Shown here piece by piece: positions 37,344-51,200 of a DNA stretch of 64,000 nucleotides. The position numbers were made by a program, and so were the translations under genes. Positions within the stretch are counted from its first letter, which is position 1. The number at the start of each line of letters is the position of its first letter. Below the pieces are notes generated by a model. The model did no database searches, was not told the origin of the DNA, and saw only the letters and a list, made by a program, of their open reading frames with translations. Location of the stretch: positions 14,446,001 to 14,510,000 of the forward strand of contig CM022669.1 in assembly GCA_012295275.1 (NCBI GenBank). Direction: 5' to 3'. Origin of the DNA: Chrysomallon squamiferum. Lineage: Eukaryota > Animalia > Mollusca.

Positions 37344-40300
37344 GACATGCACACACATGTATAATTGTGAAAATGTCTCAGACAGGCACAGACTTTGAAT
37401 AAATAAAATAACAAGGCAGTTATGGCTAATTTTACAATAATAAATTTATGTGATATATATATATTTTCCAAGTGTAAAATACATCTGATAATACAAGAGA
37501 TGTTACGAGAGAGAATAAAAATAGTGTAGATACATGTATTTAAATATCATTTTTCACGGTGGAAATAACTGCAATGTAAAACTGAAATTACATAAAAAAT
37601 ATGTAAAATATCACACACTGAATATTAGATAATACTAAATAAACATGATGATTATTCAGTAAGACTAGATACATATATATATTTAAAAAAATGTTTAAAT
37701 CTTCTGAGTTTTTGGGTTCGCCCGATTCACTGAGTTAAATGAAGAAATGTTTTAGAGTTAACTGACATCTTTGTTAATAATTTTACAAGTTTATATTAAA
37801 AAAATAAAGTAGAACAGTGTAAATATAATAGAAACATATAAAAGTATCCATGTTTTGTTTTTATAAAGAAGATTTAATTACTTGTAAACTTCAACTATCA
37901 AAAACTGTTAAAATACAATCCTGAACAATTAAGGTGGAACTATAAAAATAAAACGTAAAAAAATATAAAAATTATATTATTTAATTTTTATTGCTTATTA
38001 ATTAAAAAAAAAAAGTATATTATTTAATTATGGCTGGAACTTGTGTGAACAACCACATGACTATGCTGATATAATTAACCACACTTAATAATAAATAATA
38101 ATTAAACAAAATGGCTCAGTAAAAATGTTTTAGATTTAATGTTTCAGAAGTAACCAGGCAATGCATGATTTCGAAATTTCCACGTAAATGCTCCTCTATC
38201 AAATAACTAGTTGAACAACATATGTTGAAGTTAATGGACAGCATATTTTTGTTTGTAAATACACTGAACGCATTAAATATTTATTAAACATTTTCTAAAT
38301 ATTTTTAAAAATAAATATGTGTATGTCGTTCGCTGCCCAGTTATCTATGAGTCACTTAAAATGTAAATGTAAAATCTCCATTGATTGAAGGATACAAGTC
38401 TAAAATATTTCAGTTCCAAATCATGAAAAATTGGTCACTTGTCCTTCATGCAAACTGAACTGAAGAGTATTTCTGATAGATATTAAATAATCTTTTTTGT
38501 CATAATTTATACTATAAAATGTAAATACTTGTCTGTATATTTAAAACATTATTTTGAAGCAATCGGAACAAAATCTGAATATAAATAGAATAATTTACTT
38601 TCAACTAACAGTTAAAAATTATTAGTAATGATTATAGATGTGAAAAAAGAAAGAAAATGAAACAGAAAGAAAGAGGGAGAGAGAATGAGAGAGAAAAACA
38701 TTCAATTATTATGATTCGATAAACAAACAGAAATGCCTGAATATAAATAATTTGGATGCTGATTATGTTTAAATATGTAGTTTACATAAATACTGATTTG
38801 GAAAAAATTATGAAATCAAAACAAAAATCAAGAATAATTTATTTTGTTAATTACTCTTGATCCAGTGACCCAAAAAAAAAAAAAAAAGTATCAATATTTG
38901 AAAATGATCCGATACTGATTAAATGTAATTTTTACATTTTTATATCAATGTTTTTAAAATGAGAAAATTACCTGAATAAAAATTGCTGATTTAACATTCT
39001 ATTTTATAAATTATATCTATACATGATTCATATATTATAAAAAAAATGTAATAATAATAATAATAATATCATAAATTATCTAATTAAAATGCAAAAGATG
39101 TGTTAAAAGTAAATAAAAAAAAATCCATTAATCTTTGGACAATTATATTTAATTATATTAAGAATAATTTTTGACTATCTTTAAAATATCTAGTTTTTAT
39201 TTTTGTTTTTCTAAGAAAAACTAATTTCATAAATTAGAATAAAGAGTACATTTTCACGTAACATAGGAACACTGTTAAAAACAATTATTTATAAAGTTAA
39301 AACAAAAGACTGTTTCAAGATGTGCATGTAGGTTCCAGATACAAATCACTTACTAATCAATCACAATTAGTAAAATCAGGAATGAACTATAAACTGACTA
39401 GTTTCAATATTACAATATTACGTACACAAATTACAATAATTTTCATCACAAGATTTATACATTCCAAAAAAGCAGTCATAAATAAGCTATAAAATCTTTC
39501 ATGTAATTAAACAATATTCAATCAGTTATAAATGTGATTTTATAAATATATAAAAAAAAAAAAAAAAAAAAAAATACTAAGCACAAGTATAATATGATCT
39601 GCTTCAGTTCCTAGCATTGGAACCAAATCCAGGTGAAAATAAAGTAAGAGTAGTCTGCCTTGCACTAGCTTGAACCTGTCAAGTGACTGTCAAAATAAAC
39701 ACCATACACATATACACTGACAATTGCACGTACAAGTTTAACAATAACAGTTTGATGTAAATATATCCTGTGCAAGTTGCTCTTGAATAGGACTTTACAT
39801 CTTTACTGTCTCTCCCGTTTTTTTTTTTCTTTTCTTTTTTGATTATTGTTGTTTTTGTATTTTGGGTTCTGTCGTTGTTATTTCTGTTTTTGTTGGGTTT
39901 TTTGGCTTATTAAAATAATCTAGCTTTCATCAGTATAAACTTCAAAAGAAAATAACTGCCACTTGAGTGTTTCACTTTCATTTCTTGCATGATATAAATC
40001 AGCATCACAATAATTTTATAAATTTTTATTTTCCCCGTCACTCAACTATTCAGAATGTTAAAGAAACTAGAATAGATAAATTAACATCTGATGGGCACAC
40101 AAAGCAGATTTTTCCAGTTGGCAATGTCTGAGAAAGCTATTGGTGCAGAAAAAAAAGTATTCCAAGATTTTCTTGTTTAAATTTACTGTGAGAAAATGTG
40201 AGATACCTTGCCAAGGTTTCTTGAAAACAATTATTAAAAATATAACAAAATAATAAAAAAAGTAAATGTAAATCAGTCTGAAATGAAACAGAAGTAATTT

Positions 40301-40812
40301 TTTTTTTTCAACAAAAAGTAAATAAAAATATATCTGCAGTCATTCAAACAAAAAAAAAAGAACAAAGAAAAGAAACAACCACAAAACCAATTAAATAACT
40401 AATTAAATAAATAAATAATTAAATTAAATAATTTCAACAAATGATATAGGGTGAAAAAAAAAAAATAATAATAATATATATTACAAATAAATCAGTTTAA
40501 AAAAAAAGAGAAAACACACACATACACAAAAAATAATAACCAAATACAGACTTTAAAAAAAAATAATAATAATATTTTTTTTTTTTTTTAAATTCATAAA
40601 TTAATCACATTAAATTAAGAAATAATTAAAAATCAAAAACAAAAACAAAAGAAAAAAGATTATTATTTTCTCTAACAATCATTTAAAAAAGAAACAGAAC
40701 CAGAAAAAAAAAAGCTTTAAAAAAAATAATAATAAAAAATAAAACCAGAGACATGAAACAAACAGAACACAAACTAATACAGAGCACTGGGAAGTATCAT
40801 CGCTAGTGGTTG

Positions 40813-40969
40813 TCACGACAACTGTTGCAGCATTGCCAAAATGGCACAACGGATACCTTCTGCCAGTTCTTCAGCACTGTATGGATTGTTTAAAGGTGGA
40901 ACGTGAATAAAAGCAGTTCGGCACCGGTCAATGTGCAGAGATAGATAGTAAGAGAAATCACATAGGTAC
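40813..40969 (-). CDS. PGPEP1: PGPEP1 coding exon 4
   Basis: (R)YLCDFSYYLSL...AFIHVPPLNNPYS...LQQLS TGA. Confidence 0.93.
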
Positions 40970-41382
40970 CTAAAATACACACACACAGTTAAAATGTTTC
41001 ATTTACTTCCAACAGTATTTTTGTTTGTTTTGTATATGGATAATATTGGCCAAAGATAATGAACTGCAGAATTAAGATGTTCTTGTAAATTAAGATTGAA
41101 AATAAAGGTATGTATCAGTTTCCAGTTCCAGATATTTCAAAACATTTTCTATTTTATTAATCTGGCTGCCAAAGACTACTGCAACAATATGGCAGAATGT
41201 GGATGACGTATTTAAGCCATTATCATCACTGATCCACTGTACAGTTTAAGGCAGTATATGTATAAATAAAGGAATATAAGCATCATTTTAATCATGATAA
41301 TAAAATACAACAGTGTTAATTTTTATTAAAAAAATGAAATTAAAGTTTAATCATTTTATAAAAACTAAAATCTTTGAACAAA

Positions 41383-41413
<31 letters not shown>

Positions 41414-42152
41414 TCTGTTCTATTGTAGACAAATTGATGGGCTTTCTTGTCCAGCGACACTCACCTTCCTGGGTCATGTGACACAACAGCCTTGACCTTT
41501 AATCCAGCATTATTGACTTCAGCGCAGACGTACTTCATGTCTATCTGGGAGACGAGGCAGTCCTCTGCCCCCTCCACACAGCACTGGGACATGGGCTGGT
41601 CACCACACACATCTGTTTTGTCATAACCATTGTTGTGTGCCTGCTGCTCCAGAGTCAGTTCTGTGGCCAACCCCGACACGCCCACATGAACTACTAGCTA
41701 AAATAGCGAAAAATTTTTTTAAAAATAATGCGTAAGTTAAAATATAGCTTCGATATATAGCGTAAGTACTAGGTAAATGAAAAATAGTCCAAAAAATAAA
41801 GAGATTAGAAAAATAATAATATTGTAAGTTAAAATGTAGCTTTGTCACTTACTACCAGCTAATTTTGTGAAAATAAATATAAAGAATAAAGAGATTGGAA
41901 AAATAGTAATAGGTACTATTAGATAAAAGAATGAAAATAATTGATTTAAAAAAAACTGAAAGATATAGAAGAATAAATAAGAATAATAATAACAATATTA
42001 ACAGCAGTAAATTGCAGTGGAAAAATAAACAGAAACAGATATACAGGCTTTTTTCAGTTACTTCACTTTCTGCAATAATATTATTTAATTCATAATAATA
42101 ACTTTAGTGTTTGCAATAACAGCAGCAGTAGTAGTAACAGCAACAGAAATAA

Positions 42153-42236
<84 letters not shown>

Positions 42237-43241
42237 TTAGAAAATTAACAATACACTAGTTAACAAAAAATCGTTATCTTCTATACTAAAGGAAGCTAAA
42301 TTAGTGAAAAGAAAGTTTGAAGATACAGAAATTAGAAACAAAACAAAACTATGAATTAATATATATCTTCAGTATCTACACTGATCTAAATCAGTGAAAA
42401 AATAAAAATAAAGAAAGAAAAGTAAAAATTAAAGAAGTCAGTAAAATATTAATGTACAAGTTAAAATCTCTCCAGTAAACACTTTGTTCTTGTTACGAAA
42501 GTAAAACACACACACACACACACAGACACACAAAGAGATATCACCAAAGATTATAAAGTAATATCCAGTTAAAATATTTAATAAATATTAACACAAACCA
42601 CAGGATGGTGCTGTTTCCAGAAAGATGGCACAATGCTCTTCACCTGGTTGTACTTGACGGGAATCTCTTCAATGATCAAGTCAATGTCCTCACCAAGTCC
42701 TAGCTTCTTTAACTCTTGAACTGCAACCCAGCTTGCGTTCACTTTATGATTGGCAAATGGACCAAACCCTGTAAGTGTAGAATATATATAGAATATAAAG
42801 AGCCAAAAGTAACATTCTTAGTAACTGCAGTAGTAGCATTGTTAAGTAACAATGTGTTTATTTATACGTGTATGGGCAGTAAACAAAAGTTCTTGTTGGT
42901 TTCATCTATTTATTTCCCAATCCTGCCTGTATCCAATAATTCAAAGAAAAATTAATGAATGTTTTTCAGAAGGATTAATCATGTAATCTACCCAAGCTGT
43001 TGTTGTGTTGTTGGTTTTTTTGTGTTTTTTTTTTTTTCTTTTCTGTTCCTGTTGTTTTGGGGTTTGTGTCTTTTTTCTTCATTAAAATTAATATATATAT
43101 GCGTGTGTGTGTGTGTGTGTGGATGTATATATATATACATATACATACATACATACATACATACATACAAACATACATACATACATATATATTGTTTAAT
43201 GTCCTACCTGTTACCAAGACGGTTCTGTTTGTTTCTGGCAT
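40813..43241 (-). CDS. PGPEP1: Pyroglutamyl-peptidase 1 (peptidase family C15), complete, 197 aa
   Basis: Complement join 43208-43241, 42599-42768, 41465-41697, 40813-40969 = 594 nt. Motifs VLVTGFGPF, NASW, LVVHVGVSG, LEQQAHN (Glu), DPGRYLCDF (Cys), FIHVPP (His); GT-AG introns with consistent phases. Confidence 0.95.
41465..41697 (-). CDS. PGPEP1: PGPEP1 coding exon 3
   Basis: tag|LVVHVGVSGLATELTLEQQAHN...VSHDPG AG|gtgagt. Confidence 0.93.
42157..42234 (+). repeat. (GA)n microsatellite in PGPEP1 intron
   Basis: Direct reading. Confidence 0.95.
42599..42768 (-). CDS. PGPEP1: PGPEP1 coding exon 2
   Basis: (G)FGPFANHKVNASWVAVQEL...WKQHHPV|gtttgt. Confidence 0.92.
43208..43241 (-). CDS. PGPEP1: PGPEP1 coding exon 1
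   Basis: MPETNRTVLVT G|gtagga; probable acceptor upstream (exon start 43270) implies a 5'UTR intron. Confidence 0.88.
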
Positions 43242-43574
43242 TTCTCAAATTTGAACGAATATCTTCAGATCTGTAACAATGGGGAAAAAAAATCAAATTA
43301 CAAAAATTTTTTAAAAAAAATATCATTATTATTAGTACCATTTTTAATGGCCACATTTAATTTTAACTTATTTATTTATAATAGTTTCCCCGTAGGCTAC
43401 GTTTACGCAATGCCAGTGGCATACTTTGTTTTTGTCTCTTTTTTTTAGTTAAAAACTATAGAATCGAATTGTACTTCCTTATTAAGATCCAGCATAATAA
43501 TTATGCTTTTAAACTAATCGTTAATCATGTAACTAATTAAGATATTTAACATTACGTGAACAACTAAAATAAAC

Positions 43575-43898
43575 CTACATATCGACTGCCAATAACAAGT
43601 TTCTTTTCGGATATTTCCTTCAACTTCAAGATAAATTACTTATAAACAGTGTTTATGCCGTTAACAGAAAATAATAAATACGCCAAAAAAGAAATGAACG
43701 AATTTTGACTGTCAGTAAGCCACAATATAACACAATAGGTTCTTTGTTGTGTTTCAAAACGCAACAGTTGGAAACGAAATTAAAACTATGTCGGATATAT
43801 GTCCGAATATCATTGAACAGCAAAACAGAGTTATCTTATCTTGAGAAAAGCTTGTTACTTTTATATGAACAAATCCTGCAAATTCTTCAAATTGTGAC
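43575..43898. promoter_or_regulatory. Probable bidirectional promoter shared by PGPEP1 and REXO2
   Basis: Head-to-head start codons only ~660 bp apart; probable PGPEP1 non-coding exon donor (TAG|gtttat on -) at 43575; locally more CpG, no microsatellites. Inferred from layout; TSSs not visible. Confidence 0.65.
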
Positions 43899-44036
43899 AT
43901 GCTGAGTATTTTAAGAAGAGTGACAGCAGTCGATCAACCAAGAAAATTAATTTCTTCAGTTTTATGTGCTAAATTTTGCCAAGAGAACACTGATGATATG
44001 GACAAATTTAAACGAGTTGTCTGGATAGACTGTGAG
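43899..44036 (+). CDS. REXO2: REXO2 exon 1
   Basis: [46 protein letters not shown]|gttaga. Confidence 0.88.
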
Positions 44037-45202
44037 GTTAGAAATATAACTACATAAGATACTCCGTGTAAAAAAGGATGCAACAATTTAAAGCGCGCAT
44101 TTAAAACAACTACATAGTCAATGTTATAACGTAAAATAATTATCGTAAATATACTATTATGAACTTACGTATCAATATTTTTCTGTTATTTAAGTGATTA
44201 AATAGCTAGAAACTTTATTATAACTATAACTTAACTGTGTGATCAGGAATGGTATTTTAATCACAACTGCTTTCTTTAGTTGTGCATAAACAGCAGCTAA
44301 TTATTAAAATGTTAGCTTGGTAACAGACTAATCACCTGATCACTCATCTGATTACAGTTATTGGGTGATTTCCCATTCCAGCCTATGCTCCAGTATCATT
44401 ATTATTAAAAGATACTGTTTGTTGACTACAAGTTATATAAAGTTGTATGTAAAAGACACCTTAATGCTAGTTCAGATGAGTGGCCAAAGATTGGATCTGA
44501 AGCAAATGATCTGCAAACCATGCACCAACAAAATGCTGAATTTGTAAATTAACCAAAAAGCCATTAAACCCAGACATTTAATAATCTATAAAATTATAAT
44601 GACTGGTATAATTACTTGTTTTAACTGTAGTGAAACTACATTCCCAGTAATAATGATCTTTGGCTTTAGTATAGGCTGGGTTCTGGTGTCCAAAGAGTTA
44701 ATATTTCTGGAGTTCTTTATGAAGTTAACTATTTTTTTAAATTATTTTTTTGTTATTTTTTATTTTTTCAAGATGACTGGTTTGGACAAAGATGTTGATC
44801 ATTTGCTGGAGGTAGCTTGTCTCATTACAGATGGTGAACTAAAAGTTGTGGCTGAGGTAAATACTGATACGTTCAAAAAGTGTTTTTAGAATTATATAGA
44901 ATGCTTTCTTAAATATATGTAGATAGAATAGTATGGTTAAATATTTTAAATTGGTACTCCAAATTACTTATTTTATTATTTTTATTTATGATTTAATCAT
45001 CATTGTATTTTATACTATTATTATTATTAGAAGTATTATTAGTATTATTATTATTATTATTTATTTTTTTTTCTTTATTTATTTTTTTCTTACTGTTTTT
45101 ATTTCATTTATTTATGGGTTTTTTAAAGTACACATTTAAGTTCTTGGATACTGATCTTAACATCAAATTAATTTAAAACAGAGAATATATATTTATATAT
45201 AT

Positions 45203-45237
<35 letters not shown>

Positions 45238-47821
45238 CAGTGGTACCTCGACTTACAAGTGCCCCAACTTATAAGTTTTTCGAGTTACAAGAAGTCACCT
45301 TGTCAGTTTTTTGCTTTGAGTTGCAAGCAAAAAATCCGAGTTACGAGCAAGCTTCAGATAAGCTGCCAGTAGTATTTGGTGTAGCGAACAACATAACATC
45401 CGGCCAGCATCCTGCATCTCACTCGTTTACTTCACATGGTTACCTCGCTGCTGAAGCATCTCTGTTGTGTTTACGTTTTGTGCAGTACTTTGCCAAATTA
45501 CTTTTTTTCTGGTCATGGATCCTAAGAAAGTGAGTGCAAAGGACAGTGCTGAGAAGAAGAAGTGGAAGATGTCCATTGAGTGAAAGCTTGAATTCATGGA
45601 AAAACAGAAAAAAATGAGTGAGGTGTGCATATAGTCAACTTGGCTAGGCAGTACTTCTACGAAATGTACCATACTGAAGCAGAAGGAGTCAAGAAATGCT
45701 GTAACTCCAGCTAAAGGCATTAAAATAATTTGTCTGATCTCCAAGATAAATACACTTTACAAAACCAATATATTTTGATACAATATTTGTCATTTATAAA
45801 TACATTTTTCTTATTTAAAAACATGTTACAAAAAAAGGGGGACTGGAACGGATTAATGGTATTTCAATTAATTTCAGTTGGGAAAATTGATTTGATATAT
45901 AAGCAAATTGAGATACGAGCTTGATCACAGAATGAATTAAACTCATAAATCAAGGTACCACTGTATATATATATATATATATAATTTTTTTTTAATATAT
46001 CACTTAAAAAGAATGTTCACAAAACAAATTGATCACTGTATAGATTACAAAGTACTGTATCTTCAATTTCATGTTTTAGTACCATAACGTTAGCAGAACA
46101 TTCAAAATATATTTGATTTCAAAAAGTTCATTTTTAGAGTTGTTACATTCTGCACTGCAGGGACCAGACATTGTTATTCACCAGTCTAAAGAAATACTGG
46201 AGGCAATGGGAGATTGGTGCAAAGAACACCATGGGCAGGTTTGTTTTATCTCAGCTCAAAGAAAACTGAGTAATATTCCTGTTTTCTTCAAAAGAATGAT
46301 TTTTTAAAAGAAATTTTCATTCTCCTAATATCAGTGTATTATTATATTCCATAAATAATGTTATTATTATTTTTATTATTTAAAAAAAAAAAAATGTATA
46401 ATATTTTTTCAATAGATTTTTTATATTTTTAATAAAATATATTTTCTCCATCATCCATTTTCGTTAGTATTTTTAAACTTCGTTTATATCTATTGTTGAG
46501 TTTGTTATTTATATTGTCTGAGCAATTTGCCATGGATGTTTGAAATACGAAAACAATGCATGTCTCTTTTAATCTTATCATTTTCAGGGAAATAAATTTG
46601 GTGACATTACTGATTTGTCAAATTTTGTTCTTATTTTTTTTTTTTTTTCTCAGTCAGGTTTAACTAGTGCTGTTACAGCCAGCAAAATTAGTTTGGCTGA
46701 TGCTGAATCTAAACTACTCAAATTTGTTCAGCAGTACACACCTAAAAAAGCTTGTCCCCTGGCAGGAAATTCAGTGCATACTGATCGAGAGTTCCTGGTG
46801 AAGTACATGCCACACTTCGTTGAACATCTACATTACCGCATCATTGACGTGAGCACAATAAAAGAACTTTGTCGGTATGTAAAAGATAATTGTGGAAATA
46901 TAAATATGATGGGGTTTTTCTTTTTCCAGTAATTGTTAGATTTTCCAGCAGTTGGTTCTGCCTTGAAAGAAAATGTCTGTGCCTGTTCTTACTCTGTGTT
47001 CAGCCTAGCTCATGTTTTGTTGTTGGGGTTCTGATTGTTTTCAGGCAACTTTATGAAATGACGTTCTTGACCGTGAAATACTGATATGAAATTTCATTAC
47101 AAAATAAATATAATATTTACAAAAATAAGTAAATAAATGTGAATAAATAAAAATAAAGTTCATTCAGTTCAAAAATTGGAATTCTAGCTTTTTTTTGATT
47201 CTTGAGTTTATTTTAAATGTTAATTTTGATTTTGAAACGTCGGAAGTAGATATTATGTGAGTTGTCTATGTATTTTATTGCAGTAATTTAATTTATCTTG
47301 AACTGTTTATCTTTTGCTTTAAATTTTCTTGTTTAATTTTAAGTCGGTGGTATCCTGATGATTTTAGAGAACAACCACAGAAAATAATGACACACAGGTA
47401 AGCTATATCTCACTCTAAAAGGACCTGATGGCTGTGAACAAAAAATTAAATGAACGTGACATGTTAACTAATTTTTCTGGGAATAGTAATCTACTTTTTT
47501 TTCTTCTTCCTAATGTCAATGTAAGAGAGGAACTTGATAAAACTGCAAAAATTTATCTCAGTTCCCTGAGATTGCAGGCCTAAGTACTATAATCTCTGTC
47601 ACCACTGTCTTCTTGCTCTAAGATGTGGCAGTTAATACATTTGCTTTTTGTTTTAATTTGTCTCAAATATAGTAAAAGTCAATTTGGATCATATGTATTT
47701 CATTTACATGGTTGTTATTCAGGTTATTTTATTTTACATTTTATTTTTTAGGGCTCTGGATGACATCAAAGAAAGTTTAGCAGAGCTTAAATACTACAGA
47801 AGTAAAATTTTCAAGCAGTAA
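43899..47821 (+). CDS. REXO2: Oligoribonuclease (DEDDh 3'-5' exonuclease), complete, 214 aa, with probable N-terminal mitochondrial presequence
   Basis: Join 43899-44036, 44773-44856, 46161-46238, 46654-46874, 47344-47397, 47752-47821 = 645 nt. Motifs [66 protein letters not shown]. Confidence 0.96.
44773..44856 (+). CDS. REXO2: REXO2 exon 2
   Basis: aag|[28 protein letters not shown]|gtaaat. Confidence 0.93.
45238..45963 (+). mobile_element. Tigger/pogo-like non-autonomous DNA transposon in REXO2 intron 2
   Basis: TA|CAGTGGTACCTCGACTTAC...ATAAATCAAGGTACCACTG|TA (TIRs + TA target duplication). Broken transposase N-terminus from 45515: [16 protein letters not shown]...NLARQY...CTILKQKE...TPAKGIKII (CENP-B/pogo HTH-like). 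Confidence 0.88.
46161..46238 (+). CDS. REXO2: REXO2 exon 3
   Basis: cag|[26 protein letters not shown]|gtttgt. Confidence 0.93.
46654..46874 (+). CDS. REXO2: REXO2 exon 4
   Basis: cag|SGLTSAV...STIKELC CG|gtatgt. Confidence 0.94.
47344..47397 (+). CDS. REXO2: REXO2 exon 5
   Basis: aag|[20 protein letters not shown]|gtaagc. Confidence 0.92.
47752..47821 (+). CDS. REXO2: REXO2 exon 6
   Basis: tag|[26 protein letters not shown]. Confidence 0.93.
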
Positions 47822-48274
47822 TATGTCAAAAGAAAACTCATTTAAAACTCACGGAAGTGTGCTAATTAATGTGAACTCACAGTCTGGGATCAAAGTTTTA
47901 TTTTGCAAATTCATGACTTGTTAACCTAACATAAAGCTTAAAATATTTATATCAAGATGCAATCGCGTGCATGAGTGTTATTTAGCTATTAACTATTTTT
48001 TCATTGCTTTTTTTTAAAATTTTAATTGTACTTTTTATTCACATTAATACAGATGTTTACTGTAATTATTTAACAAGGTTAAAAATATCACTATATTGAT
48101 CTAGATATTCCAGATTTTACAAGTTCCTACTATATGTTACATTTCAGTATTTGCATTTTGCATTTACATATTAAAGGGCATTACCTTACTTTTAAATAAT
48201 CATATTTGTTCTTCCATTAGATCTGATAATATAAATAGTCTTTCTGTAGCAGCTGTATTTTATTTTATTAGTGA

Positions 48275-48280
48275 AATAAA
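48275..48280 (+). terminator. Probable REXO2 polyadenylation signal
   Basis: AATAAA ~450 nt after the stop, followed by GT/T-rich sequence (tgtttatttttgggttgttgt). Confidence 0.45.
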
Positions 48281-51200
48281 TATATCGGTGTGTCACTTGA
48301 CTGTTTATTTTTGGGTTGTTGTATTTTTAATAATGTTATTTTTTTTTTGTGTGTGTGTGTGTGACTGACTGGCTGAAATATAACCATAAATTTATGTGAG
48401 CTTTTAATAAAAACATTTTCCATTTATTACTTTCATATACCAAAAATTTAATACACAACAGTAATTTTATCTTATGAGTATACTGTTTTTATAATAATTA
48501 ACTGTAATCTGATACAAACTCAACCTTATGTTCTTAATAGCTGATAAATTATTTATTTGAAAAATTAAATAATTACAAAGCTTTTTAAAAATCAAATTAA
48601 AAATTATAATTACCTTGTATTTTCACATTTTCAAATTATATGATGATTTGGCATTTTCAAATTTGTTTTTACCAGTTTTTAATTTACTTATCAGTTTTTG
48701 ATTGCTGTACCTGTGTGATCCAACTGGAACTAAAAGGAACAAAAAGTTTATAGATGAAAGTCTAATTTTTTCTTCTTTTTTTGTTTTTTGTTTGGTAGTG
48801 ATAATATATGTAGGCAACTACTGTTTAAAAATGTTTTTCATAAGTTTCTATGTGGCCTTTTTTTTATTATTACAAGCTGTGTTTTGAAAATAAATAAATA
48901 AGCAAGATGAAAAAAAAAGCACCTAATAAAACAAGTTTTTAAAAATTTTATTTCTTTTTTTATTGTTGTAGATTTCTCATTCCAGTTTAAGTTACATAAT
49001 TTAACAACTTAATTAAGAAATAATAATTAAAATTAAAGGTACATGTAAGTTAAATTTAAAACAACAGATAAAAACATAAAATTAGCTTTGATTTTTATGT
49101 TCTGCAGAAAAAAAAAACCAAAAACCTGTGTTTGTGTGTGTGTCTTTACTCACAGTCTCAAATCTAAAATGATACTGGTTTTATGGCCGTTAATCAACAA
49201 ATTAAAGTTTATTCTCTGAATTATATATTTAAAAAAGTTTTTTTTCAAAGTTATCGTTTTAAGGAAATAATTTAATTTGAAATTTACACATATTCCTTTA
49301 TTTTTCAAAAACAAATATATATTTTAGTGTATAAATATATATATATGTATATTTGAATTTATCTACTGTTAATCAGAAACCTCAATTAAACTTCAGTTGG
49401 AATATAACAATACTTTAACTCTGGACTCTATAAACAAATGTTTGATAAAAATAAGGAAAATAACCAAAATATAAAATTCCAGCCAGTATACATCTGCCTG
49501 TGATAAAATGAAACAATAAATAACAATTATAGAGATACATGTGTAAAAATACACTTTACCCAAAAGATATTTTAGCTGCACCGTTATTTGTATTTTCTTT
49601 TTTGTTTTATTATCATTATTTTTGAATATTATATTTTATTCTTCTTTAGTTTAGTTTGTAATTTGAAAATAAGAGACAAAGCAAATTGAAAACAAAATTT
49701 AACATACATTAATTTGAGAAACCTGAACCAAATTTCAATGATTACAAAATATTTCATTTACAATTATTTTTTATTATACTATTATTATTACTGTGTTAGG
49801 TTCAATGTTTTATTAAAATTAGAGAAATTTTTTAAATAATTGTCCTGGAAATATTACAAACAATTTCATGTTTTGGTAAAAACCAAGAGCTGACTAATCA
49901 AAAATTAAAACATTTTAAGTGAATTTAAATTAAAAATGAAACATCTGTAAGTCTTTCATATTCTATGTCAAATTTAACTTGCATTTCTGTTCACAAAATT
50001 TTTGAATATTCCAAATTTTCAAAATATCAACAATTAAAGCTAAAACTTTAACAATATTCTACAAAAATTATTTAAAAAAAAAAAAAAAATAATAATATTT
50101 GAACGTTTTAGATCTGTAATAATTACAGTAACTTCTGAAGTATCATTGCTAGAGAATTTTACAATGATGATTAACATACAGGTTAAAAGAAACTACACTG
50201 GTTTTCCAATAACAAATTAACATACATAATTATTATACTTGTTAACAGATAACAACAATGCATTTACATGTGAAATGATATTAAAAATAATACTGCTAAC
50301 TAAACACAACAAATATTAGATATAAAATTATACAATCTGTACAAAATCTACAAAATGATTTATTTAAAATTAGGGAGTAAAATGCTTTGGTATACATTCT
50401 TTTAAAATAAATTACAATTTCCTCTTATTTTTATATATATTTCTTTTCTTCTATACATATGTAAAATGAAAATTGTTTTTGCCAAATAAATTAGTCCTGT
50501 GTAACTTATAATTTGTGTCACATGTGCATACACACACATGTACATACGTGTGTATGCATTCGTTATAATACTTATTTTCCCCTTTTGTAAATAGAATAAA
50601 ATTTTCTGTTGTTTGTAAATGCCATTTAATCTTATTTTCAAAACAATATCAGCAGAATTAATTTTAATACTCATTATTAAAAAGTTAAAATGTATTTTAT
50701 TAAACACTGATATACTAAATGTACTGAGAAATTAAAAAAAAAAAAAAATACTTTTTATCTTAATGCACTCAGATCAATATATTTGTTGTTTTATAAAAAA
50801 AAAAAAAAAAAATCGGTGAGAAAATATAATAAAAACAAAACAGTTAACAAACCAAAAATGATATTTACACTTTTCTTTTCATGTTGTTGAAAAAGTTGAA
50901 AATGTTTAATATTACTATTTCATCAAATAACATGAAACACATTATTTTCTTTCCCCACTCCCCTAAACATTTTTGTGCTTTCTTTGGTGCATTAGAATAA
51001 AATTAAGGTAATACTTTTCGTATCTTAGCGCGCAGTGCTCTCCCTTTATTAATTTCACAAAAGTTGAGTAAAAGCATAGTTCTTGTATCAGTCTCAGTAT
51101 TAATTTTGTTTGTAATTTTTTATTTATTTGGAAGCCCTTTAAACAACCAAAGAATTCTACACATTCCCAGGAACTAAAAATACCTGAAGCTTTATTAAAA

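Noticed and set aside
39600-39700. B-box-like GGTTCAAGC on the - strand (tRNA/SINE?)
   Set aside because: No A-box or cloverleaf could be built; I found no tRNA, rRNA or snoRNA I can support in the window.
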